A stretch of DNA of 64,000 nt from a virus: the IMG/VR virus record IMGVR_UViG_3300026290_000001; one strand, 5' to 3'. A program made the translations under genes and the position numbers. How positions within the stretch are numbered: the first letter of the stretch is position 1; every line of letters starts with the position of its first letter. Below are positions 1 through 6,691 of this stretch, in pieces. The notes under the pieces are model-generated. The model saw only the letters and a program-made list of their open reading frames with translations. It was not told the origin of the DNA and searched no databases.

Positions 1-210
1 CATATACAAGTTAATATTGGTATTAATGAGATATGGTTTAATATCTATGAATCGGAAGTATTGATAACTATTGATACAAAAAAGAAAGAAATTTACGTTG
101 ACTGTGAATTATCAAACCATCATTTAACTAGCAGTATGTTATACGAATTATATATGATTACTGAATTATTAGAAACTAAATGGGATGTGTTTGAGGAATT
201 ATTAAAATAG
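1..210 (+). CDS. 3' end of an unidentified CDS (partial, enters from the left edge)
   Basis: Frame 1 is open from base 1 to TAG at 208-210 (..LLETKWDVFEELLK*). No start inside the window and no recognisable motif. Confidence 0.45.
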   Translation, partial: HIQVNIGINEIWFNIYESEVLITIDTKKKEIYVDCELSNHHLTSSMLYELYMITELLETKWDVFEELLK

Positions 211-224
211 AAAGGAAAGGTAAA

Positions 225-896
225 TTGATTAAAGTAGAAAATATAGAAGTGTTCAATTTTCAAGGGGCTTTAAGGGGCATGCGGAATCCTTTAGAATCTT
301 GGGATAAATCAGATAGTTATTGGAATGACACTACTATTGAAAGTGTCAAAGATTTCATCATTGGTGAAAAAGATATGACACTTGCTTTAAAACTTATTAA
401 AGCAGGAAATGAACATGCAAAATTCATGCGTCAAATTTTTGTCTCAATGGATATTACTGCGCCTTTATATTGGTGGAAGGAAGCAGACACATATAAAATT
501 TCTACAGTAGCAAACAGTACATCCACTATGCACAAAATGGGCAGCAGACCATTAATTTATGAAGATTTTTCTTGGGATAAATTCTTTGAAACAAATTTAG
601 GTAATATTACTGATGAATATATCTACAACTCAATTGAAAAATACCGACAGGATACTTTATCTCACTTAAACGAATTGATAGAAATATGGCAGGAACGAAG
701 AGATAAGAAAATATGGCTGGCAATAATTCAAAACTTACCTTCTTCGTTTAATCAAATGAGAACTTGGACTGGTAATTATCAAGTATTAAGAAATATGTAT
801 TTTCAGAGACGTAATCACAAGTTAAAGGAGTGGAAAGATTTTTGTAAGGTGATTGAGGAGTTACCTTATAGTGAATTGATTATAGTGGAAAAATAA
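225..896 (+). CDS. ThyX-fold (flavin-dependent thymidylate synthase family)-like protein, divergent
   Basis: TTG start after AAAGGAAAGG. N-terminal ALRGMRNPLES and C-terminal NYQVLRNMYFQRRNHKLKEWKDF resemble conserved ThyX segments. The canonical RHRxxSxxxxSxR motif is not evident (STVANSTSTMHK in its place). Confidence 0.4.
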   Translation: MIKVENIEVFNFQGALRGMRNPLESWDKSDSYWNDTTIESVKDFIIGEKDMTLALKLIKAGNEHAKFMRQIFVSMDITAPLYWWKEADTYKISTVANSTSTMHKMGSRPLIYEDFSWDKFFETNLGNITDEYIYNSIEKYRQDTLSHLNELIEIWQERRDKKIWLAIIQNLPSSFNQMRTWTGNYQVLRNMYFQRRNHKLKEWKDFCKVIEELPYSELIIVEK

Positions 897-913
897 AAAG
901 AAAGGAAGAATAT

Positions 914-1444
914 ATGAAAATAATAAATATATCGGGCAAGGCGCAACACGGGAAGGACACAACGGCATTAATTTTAAAAAAGAAATTAGAATCAAAAAAT
1001 AAAAAAGTTATAATAACTCACTATGCAGACCTACTCAAATATGAAGCAAAACAATTTTTTAATTGGGACGGAAATAAAGATGAAAAAGGTAGACAAATAC
1101 TTCAGTATATGGGTACTGATGTAATAAGAAAAATAAATCCTGATTATTGGGTTAATTTCATTAAAGAATTTATGTCAATGTTTGAAAATGAATGGGATTA
1201 TGTAATAATTCCTGATTGCAGGTTCCCCAATGAGATTGAAGTGTGGGGCATTGATAATTGGCCTAATGTATCGGTTAGAATTATTAGAGATAATTTTATT
1301 AGTAATCTCACTCCTGAACAATTAAATCATCCATCTGAAACTGCTTTAGATGATTATGAATTTGATTATTACATATTTAATTCTGATGATATAAATTATT
1401 TAAATAAAGAAGTAGATTATTTAGTTGAATGGCTGGAGGTATAA
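914..1444 (+). CDS. deoxynucleoside monophosphate kinase (T4 gp1-like)
   Basis: N-terminal P-loop ISGKAQHGKDTT, followed by LQYMGTDVIR, YVIIPDCRFPNE and HPSETAL. These occur in the same order as in T4 gp1-type dNMP kinases. Confidence 0.75.
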   Translation: MKIINISGKAQHGKDTTALILKKKLESKNKKVIITHYADLLKYEAKQFFNWDGNKDEKGRQILQYMGTDVIRKINPDYWVNFIKEFMSMFENEWDYVIIPDCRFPNEIEVWGIDNWPNVSVRIIRDNFISNLTPEQLNHPSETALDDYEFDYYIFNSDDINYLNKEVDYLVEWLEV

Positions 1445-2002
1445 ATGAAAAGAAAGTTTTTTATTGATTTTGATAATACAATTATAGATACAACCAACGC
1501 TTTCTGCGCAGTTTATAATGAGCTTTATTGCGATCATCCTAATTTTAAAACAGCAGAACCAGATCAAGTTAAGGTTTACAATTTTTCTGACGAATGTCCT
1601 TTAGTTACAAATGTAGAAGAAATTTTTACTCATCCATTATTCTTTCAATTTGCAGAATTTATAAATCACAATACATATGAAACTCTAGAAAAATTAAACA
1701 ATAAATATCAACTTATAGTATGTTCAATAGGTTGGCCTAAAAACTTAGCATACAAGGCACGTTGGTTGGAAGAAAAACTACCTTTTATTAAAGACTATGT
1801 TCTAATCAGTAATCCTACATGCAAAATGAATAAGAGCATTGTAAATATGGAAGGTGCAATATTTTTGGACGATATACCGTCAAACTTATATAGTTCAAAT
1901 GCTGAAAGAAAGATATTATTTGGTAAGAGATATATTTGGAATAAAGAATGGGATGGAGAATGGGTAAGAAGTTGGAGTGAAGTTGAAGGAAGGTTTTTGT
2001 AG
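1445..2002 (+). CDS. HAD-family 5'(3')-deoxyribonucleotidase-like protein
   Basis: HAD motif I FIDFDNTIIDT at the N-terminus and a later FLDDIPSN motif. Size and layout match NT5C-type nucleotidases. Start overlaps the upstream stop (TAAATG). Confidence 0.65.
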   Translation: MKRKFFIDFDNTIIDTTNAFCAVYNELYCDHPNFKTAEPDQVKVYNFSDECPLVTNVEEIFTHPLFFQFAEFINHNTYETLEKLNNKYQLIVCSIGWPKNLAYKARWLEEKLPFIKDYVLISNPTCKMNKSIVNMEGAIFLDDIPSNLYSSNAERKILFGKRYIWNKEWDGEWVRSWSEVEGRFL

Positions 2003-2054
2003 AAGAATTAAAATAGTAATATAAATATATGTTTATATAATAAACATTATTTAA

Positions 2055-2390
2055 GATTTAGTTAAATTTAGTTATAGGACAATCATAGGTGTTCATAAGT
2101 TTATATGGGAAAATGGTGAACCATATAGACCAAATTATTTAAGTGATTTATTTAAAAAGACAGTTACTGATAATAATTTACCACCAATAAGACTGCATGA
2201 TTTAAGACATACATTCGCAAGTGTAGCAAATGAATTAGGAGTTGGATTATATGATATTAGCAAAGCATTAGGTCATAGTCAAATAGGTACTACTAGCGAA
2301 ATATACACACATATGTTTGATAAGACCCATAAGAAAACCATTAGTAAAGTTGCCGATGCCTTTAAAGAAACAGAAAAAAATAAGGAATGA
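2055..2390 (+). pseudogene. C-terminal remnant of a tyrosine recombinase/integrase
   Basis: Open frame with no usable start near its 5' end. It translates to ..IRLHDLRHTFASVANELGVGLYDISKALGHSQIGTTSEIYTHM.., i.e. the HxLRHT box and catalytic-Tyr segment. The N-terminal two thirds of a normal integrase are missing. Confidence 0.7.
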
Positions 2391-2447
2391 TATTTCTACC
2401 ATTCCTTACATTCTTTATACATTTTTTAAAGTTATCCACAGGCTACA

Positions 2448-2511
2448 AATCCCAATATATAGGCATTTGTTTTTCTGAAAATCATGATAAAAACCTTATT
2501 TGGTTCAAATT
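2448..2511. repeat. Repeat A: 16-nt core AATCCCAATATATAGG plus 14-nt arm ATTTGGTTCAAATT
   Basis: The core at 2448-2463 is identical to 5033-5048 (direct). The arm at 2498-2511 is the exact reverse complement of 5065-5078. Lies between the integrase remnant and the holin stop codon. Confidence 0.7.
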
Positions 2512-2512
2512 A

Positions 2513-2872
2513 TTATCTAACTTGTTCTTTCCATGCATTTCCAAATTGCTTTTTCAATGTTTTTAAAGACGATTCAATTAAAATTTGAATTTCACTTTCA
2601 GTTAAAGCAATACCTTTTTTATTCAACATTTCCGATAAAGCAATAAATGCTTCTCTATATTTAGTTTGACCATCAACATCTTTAAAACTCTTTTGAACAT
2701 ATAAAACTGCAAGTCTAGCTAATTCTTGATTAGTCTGAATTTCATGATCAATCTTTTTAAGATTCTCTATACCTAATTTTTTCTTTAAAAGTGCAATTAT
2801 AAAATATGAAAAAATCAATCCTATGATATACATAATATTTAAAAATAATTCACTAATGATTTGATTATCCAT
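2513..2872 (-). CDS. holin, LL-H family-like
   Basis: Single N-terminal TM (IMYIIGLIFSYFIIALL) followed by a helical tail (ARLAVLYVQKSF..GQTKYREAFIALSEML..GIALTESEIQILIES), typical of LL-H holins. It is the last gene of the lysis cassette. Confidence 0.65.
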   Translation of the reverse strand: MDNQIISELFLNIMYIIGLIFSYFIIALLKKKLGIENLKKIDHEIQTNQELARLAVLYVQKSFKDVDGQTKYREAFIALSEMLNKKGIALTESEIQILIESSLKTLKKQFGNAWKEQVR

Positions 2873-2892
2873 ATGTAACCTCCCTCTACCCT

Positions 2893-3609
2893 CTACTTCT
2901 TCAATTCTTTAAGTAAATATTCAACGGCATTATCAATTAAAACAGCACATTCTATTCGTGTAATACTACTATTAGGATCTAAAATCCCATCGCCTTTACC
3001 AGAAAGTATTTTCTTCTCATATAATCTATCTGCACTTTTTGCTCCCCAATGATCTTTAGGCAAGTCTTTAAAATACTTTGACATTTCTTCAATCACCTTA
3101 CCTTTCAACAATTCCTTCTGAACTTCATTTTTAAATTTATCCCATGTCCAACCTAAATGACCTGCTCTTATTAAACGTGGACAATTTTTTCCATTCCAAT
3201 CCCAATGCTGTCTTAATGATTCTACATTTTTATTTTTAGATTTTAATAATTCTGCCACAAGTAAAACTGCATTTTCTAATGTTTTTTGGTAATTCCCACT
3301 TTCACATATTTCAATTCCTATACTACGTCTATTACCAGCACCACTTCCTCCATCTCCTGCGTGCCAAGCATTTTCAAATAAAGGAATACATTCAATTGCT
3401 TGTTTTTCATCAATGGCAATATGATAACCTGTAGAAGATGTATTTGAAGGATTGGTTAAATAATCTCTTTCATTTCTTGCAGTAGATTTTGAATTCCCTG
3501 TGTTGTGAATAGTAATATATTCCCAATCCATTTTATATTTTGGACGTTTATTAGAATTCATAGGAATGTGATCTATTACATAAGGAAAAGGTAAATTAAA
3601 TTTACTCAT
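2893..3609 (-). CDS. endolysin: N-acetylmuramoyl-L-alanine amidase (Amidase_2/PGRP) with C-terminal SLH domain
   Basis: Catalytic domain segments YITIHNTGN, GYHIAIDE, WHAGD and NCP. The C-terminus FKDLPKDHWGAKSADRLYEKKILSGKGDGILDPNSSITRIECAVLI matches the S-layer-homology motif. Confidence 0.85.
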   Translation of the reverse strand: MSKFNLPFPYVIDHIPMNSNKRPKYKMDWEYITIHNTGNSKSTARNERDYLTNPSNTSSTGYHIAIDEKQAIECIPLFENAWHAGDGGSGAGNRRSIGIEICESGNYQKTLENAVLLVAELLKSKNKNVESLRQHWDWNGKNCPRLIRAGHLGWTWDKFKNEVQKELLKGKVIEEMSKYFKDLPKDHWGAKSADRLYEKKILSGKGDGILDPNSSITRIECAVLIDNAVEYLLKELKK

Positions 3610-3873
3610 TTATTTTTCACCACCTTTAACTAATCTCTCAATAAAGTCCGTTCCAGCATATCCAACGGTAATAAAAACTATCATTATCAACTTGCTTGTT
3701 TCAACACCTAGTAAGGCAATAGCAGTTATAGTCCCAATAGCACAACTTACCAATAAACTTATAAATATTTGAGGTAAACTTTTATTGTTATTTACAACCA
3801 TTCGTAAGACTTGACCTGCCATTCCTAAGATTGCACCTAGCAAAATAAATGATTGAACTTCAAAAATATTCAA
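3610..3873 (-). CDS. holin-like small membrane protein
   Basis: 87 aa with three hydrophobic spans and a charged C-terminus (ERLVKGGEK). Its stop abuts the endolysin start, the usual holin-endolysin arrangement. Confidence 0.55.
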   Translation of the reverse strand: MNIFEVQSFILLGAILGMAGQVLRMVVNNNKSLPQIFISLLVSCAIGTITAIALLGVETSKLIMIVFITVGYAGTDFIERLVKGGEK

Positions 3874-3895
3874 TTTACCACCTCAGAATTAAAAA

Positions 3896-4192
3896 TTAAA
3901 TACTAGGAATATTGTCATTATCATCCAAAGTATTTATATCATTTATATTATTACTATAATCAGGTTTATCAGGCCAAGTATTATGTTTACTTAAATTTTC
4001 AAATAATGATTTTACACAATAAATTAATGTCACTCCGATTATTTGAATGACGATTTTTTCTGAAAGATTTTCAGCAATTTGTTCTCTTCCTAGAAAGGCC
4101 AATAAATAAGAAAGATAAACCCAAATTACGCTGTTAATCATTAATAAATAAACTATTCTTTTGCTAAATTCATCTATGTTAAATATTTTCAT
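3896..4192 (-). CDS. small membrane protein in lysis cassette
   Basis: Two hydrophobic spans (IVYLLMINSVIWVYLSYLLAFL and VIQIIGVTLIYCV) and an acidic tail. No family recognised. Confidence 0.4.
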   Translation of the reverse strand: MKIFNIDEFSKRIVYLLMINSVIWVYLSYLLAFLGREQIAENLSEKIVIQIIGVTLIYCVKSLFENLSKHNTWPDKPDYSNNINDINTLDDNDNIPSI

Positions 4193-4203
4193 AACTCACC
4201 TTC

Positions 4204-4428
4204 TCACAAACGTATTTGTTGATGACAACTTGGACAATGTTCAATAGGTGAAGCAGGATAAGTTATTATATAATAAATAACCCATAAAATTACTAATAAC
4301 CAAAACAATGGAGAACGAATAATAGTTGATAATATATTCCAAACTAAAAACAAGATACCTTGAATAAAAGATGTAGTTATATCTGTTATGTTATTAAAAA
4401 ATATATCTACTTTGTTTTTATATTTCAT
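4204..4428 (-). CDS. small membrane protein in lysis cassette
   Basis: 74 aa with two hydrophobic spans and a C-terminal CPSCH motif. No family recognised. Confidence 0.4.
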   Translation of the reverse strand: MKYKNKVDIFFNNITDITTSFIQGILFLVWNILSTIIRSPLFWLLVILWVIYYIITYPASPIEHCPSCHQQIRL

Positions 4429-4435
4429 AATCTAC

Positions 4436-4888
4436 CTACTTTAAAACCATACTTATCACTGCACCAAATCCCATAGACATTGCAATTATAAATAAATTCT
4501 TTAAAATATCTGATAATTTTATTTTATTATCACCACTTACTTCATCAATCTTCTTGCTTAATTTCTCCACACTAACTTCTGTACTGTTCATTCTATTGCT
4601 TAGTACGTCTAATGAATTACTGATCTTCGCTTGATTTTCACTAATTTCAGCAATCAATTTATCTCTTTTAATTCCGTCTTCTCTCTGTAATTTTGTGAGC
4701 AATTGGAGTTCGGACAAAACACTTGTAATATCATATATTTTGTTTGTTTGGCTTTCCAAATCATCTATACGGTGATTTGCCACCTTTATTTTTTCATCAA
4801 CATTCTTAAATACTTCGGCACAAATTTTTGGTTGTTCACATTCTTGATTTATGACCAATTCACAACACCATCCAATCTTTGTATTCAT
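4436..4888 (-). CDS. XhlA-like lysis-associated protein (coiled coil plus C-terminal TM)
   Basis: I place the start at the ATG at 4886-4888, preceded by AGGAGGA; the longer track ORF to 5017 has no RBS. Cys-rich N-terminus, HRIDDLES coiled coil and C-terminal TM FIIAMSMGFGAVISMVL. First gene of the lysis cassette, as xhlA is in PBSX. Confidence 0.55.
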   Translation of the reverse strand: MNTKIGWCCELVINQECEQPKICAEVFKNVDEKIKVANHRIDDLESQTNKIYDITSVLSELQLLTKLQREDGIKRDKLIAEISENQAKISNSLDVLSNRMNSTEVSVEKLSKKIDEVSGDNKIKLSDILKNLFIIAMSMGFGAVISMVLK

Positions 4889-4907
4889 TCCTCCTTTGCG
4901 GTATAAT
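4879..4907 (+). promoter_or_regulatory. sigma-A-type promoter candidate (TTGTAT-17 nt-TATAAT)
   Basis: -35 TTGTAT at 4879-4884, a 17-nt spacer, and -10 TATAAT at 4902-4907. Overlaps the antisense RBS and start of the XhlA-like gene and points away from it. Confidence 0.45.
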
Positions 4908-4913
4908 GGGTAC

Positions 4914-4996
4914 AAGGTAATTAATTTGACCGCAAAATTAATTACCATAACGAATAAGGCAGGATACCTATTTTTATCCTGCCTTATTTTTATTTT
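4914..4996 (+). ncRNA. candidate ~80-nt small RNA, antisense to the leader of the lysis cassette
   Basis: Lies downstream of the 4879-4907 promoter. Perfect 12-bp hairpin GGTAATTAATTT/AAATTAATTACC (4916-4946). Then a 10-11-bp GC-containing hairpin (4956-4985) followed by ATTTTTATTTT on the plus strand, an intrinsic terminator in the plus orientation only. No plus-strand ORF. Confidence 0.4.
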
Positions 4997-5032
4997 ATTA
5001 AATTTAAAAAATCTCAAAAAATCATTTTTAAG

Positions 5033-5097
5033 AATCCCAATATATAGGGATTTCTAAACCCGAAAATTTGAACCAAATTAAAGATTTGTTATGATAC
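5033..5097. repeat. Repeat B: partner of repeat A
   Basis: 5033-5048 equals 2448-2463 (direct). 5065-5078 (AATTTGAACCAAAT) is the reverse complement of 2498-2511, with an imperfect extension to about 5097. Lies 16 nt past the stop of the recombinase gene. Confidence 0.7.
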
Positions 5098-5112
5098 AAA
5101 ATAAAAACATAA

Positions 5113-6117
5113 TTATTGATAGAAATATTGAGTATAACTTTGTTGCTTGTGTTCAAACGTTTGTTTTGCGTAAATGCCCGTAGTTTGAATATCATCATGA
5201 CCTAAAAGTTCTTGTAATACCGACATTGGACAACCGTTATTTAGCATCAAGGTTGCGAAAGTATGTCTGAGCATATGGGGATGAGTTCTCTTGTCAAGCC
5301 CTGCACGTTTACCTATTGCTGCTATTTCTCGTTGAATACCTCGATTGCTTAATCTTCTATATTCCTGCCGTTCTGTTACAAATAATGCTTCACAGTCATC
5401 CTTACGACTTTCAAGATATTTTTTAAGGTAAATTGCAGCTCTAGCAGAATAGAATACAATTCGCTCTTTGTTTCCTTTGCCTAATACCTTAATCGTCCGA
5501 TTTGATTGTCCTATATCATCTTTATTTAGTGCCGATATTTCAGATAATCGACAACCTGTTGAATACATAATTTCAGTTAATGCTTTTTCTCGCAAAGTGA
5601 AACAACTTTCACGGAATAGTTCCAATTCTTCAATTGTTAATGCCTTTGCCATTGCTTTTCCCACTTTATAAGGTTTAATTCTAATCATCGGATTTTCTTC
5701 AATAATCTGTTCCTCACAAAGCCATTCAAAGAAACTGCGAAGTACTGAGCGAATTGTCTCAACAGTACTTTTAGCATTTACTGTTGGGTCGCTTTCCCGA
5801 TCATCCAGATAGTTAATTATGTCCTGCTTGGTTATTTCATTTACTGGTTTTTCTTCGGTTCTATCGGTAAATATTTTAAGATGAAGTCGATAATTATCAA
5901 TAGTTATTGGACTTAATCCTTGCCGTTTTTTATCCTTCAAAAACAGTTTTATGTTTTTCCGCAAATTATAATATTCTGGATCGCTGTTTTGTTTTATAAC
6001 TCTGTATTCATCAAGAATGGAGGCTAATTGATTTTTAGCCTCCATCTTATTCATGCCTTTTTCTATGATTCCATCTACAATTTTAGCATATAGCTCATAA
6101 TTGAGATTAGGGTGCAT
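5113..6117 (-). CDS. tyrosine recombinase (XerC/XerD-like phage integrase family)
   Basis: N-terminal SAM-like core-binding domain (ITIDNYRLHLKIF, TIRSVLRSFFEWL). Catalytic segments TGCRLSEI, HPHMLRHTFAT and LGHDDIQTTGIYA. RBS AAAGGAGG upstream. Confidence 0.9.
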   Translation of the reverse strand: MHPNLNYELYAKIVDGIIEKGMNKMEAKNQLASILDEYRVIKQNSDPEYYNLRKNIKLFLKDKKRQGLSPITIDNYRLHLKIFTDRTEEKPVNEITKQDIINYLDDRESDPTVNAKSTVETIRSVLRSFFEWLCEEQIIEENPMIRIKPYKVGKAMAKALTIEELELFRESCFTLREKALTEIMYSTGCRLSEISALNKDDIGQSNRTIKVLGKGNKERIVFYSARAAIYLKKYLESRKDDCEALFVTERQEYRRLSNRGIQREIAAIGKRAGLDKRTHPHMLRHTFATLMLNNGCPMSVLQELLGHDDIQTTGIYAKQTFEHKQQSYTQYFYQ

Positions 6118-6218
6118 AGAATACCTCCTTTTATTTAGTTGTTACTGAAGGTTCATAGTCTACTGCGAAGTAACTTCTTAATACACATTTGCGAAGTCAG
6201 AAAACTTTTTAACCAATA

Positions 6219-6335
6219 TCAAACAACCCCGACAATTTCTCTAACTTTTTCCCTATACATATTAGGCACAAAATCAATTATAATTCGCCCACTTTCTACT
6301 GCATATACCCACATTCCTAATATAGCTTCACTCAT
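6219..6335 (-). CDS. small hypothetical protein (38 aa)
   Basis: Not in the ORF track (under 60 aa). ATG at 6333-6335 preceded by AAAAGGAG; translates MSEAILGMWVYAVESGRIIIDFVPNMYREKVREIVGVV*. Its position after the fibre genes resembles xkdX-type mini-genes, but the family is not confirmed. Confidence 0.35.
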   Translation of the reverse strand: MSEAILGMWVYAVESGRIIIDFVPNMYREKVREIVGVV

Positions 6336-6385
6336 ATCATTCATCTCCTTTTAGATTAAACAATTCGGTTCTTAACATATCGATT

Positions 6386-6616
6386 TCAGCCATCATCAAA
6401 GTGAGTAGAAGTGCTATTCCTTCTGCATCTTCGTTGAAAGCCAACTTCGATATAGTCATTCTTGTTGAACACTTGCTCATCATATTCCCAACCACTAAAC
6501 CCCTTCATGGCGTCAATATCTTCTTCCTCAATTCGCACTATATTCGTCCGAACATAGACTGTATCAGCATTCACTTCAATGGGCTTAACTGTTTCCTGTG
6601 TCCCTCTTATTCTCAC
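6386..6616 (-). CDS. hypothetical protein downstream of the fibre genes
   Basis: 76 aa with TVYVRTNIVRIEEED..FSGWEYDE, as seen in small post-fibre proteins. The last ~15 residues (RRCRRNSTSTHFDDG) look atypical, so the 3' end may be frameshifted. Confidence 0.4.
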   Translation of the reverse strand: MRIRGTQETVKPIEVNADTVYVRTNIVRIEEEDIDAMKGFSGWEYDEQVFNKNDYIEVGFQRRCRRNSTSTHFDDG

Positions 6617-6691
6617 GCTTTATCACCTCTTTATAGTATTTTCCTTGATAGGCTTCTATTCGACCCATTCGACCAATTACCACTGTTATTA

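Noticed and set aside
2432-2440. A perfect DnaA-box consensus TTATCCACA, 8 nt before repeat A, considered as an origin marker.
   Set aside because: It is a single isolated 9-mer. My rough estimate is close to one chance occurrence in 64 kb on two strands at this composition, and there is no cluster or adjacent AT-rich unwinding element distinct from the background.
4956-4985. The hairpin read as the intrinsic terminator of the minus-strand recombinase gene (5113-6117).
   Set aside because: On the minus strand the stem is followed by AUUCGUUAUGG, with no U-run. The T-run (ATTTTTATTTT) is on the plus-strand side, so the hairpin is oriented for a plus-strand transcript. This is the basis of the small-RNA proposal.
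6661-6691. Possible DGR template-repeat fragment. CGACCAATTACCAC (6670-6683), just past the RBP stop codon, resembles CGACCAATCACCAC inside the VR-like region (6785-6798).
   Set aside because: The match is only 14 nt with one mismatch, and the similarity does not extend in either direction. A real TR should cover about 100 nt. No other copy of the GC-rich VR strings and no RT motif is visible anywhere in the window.
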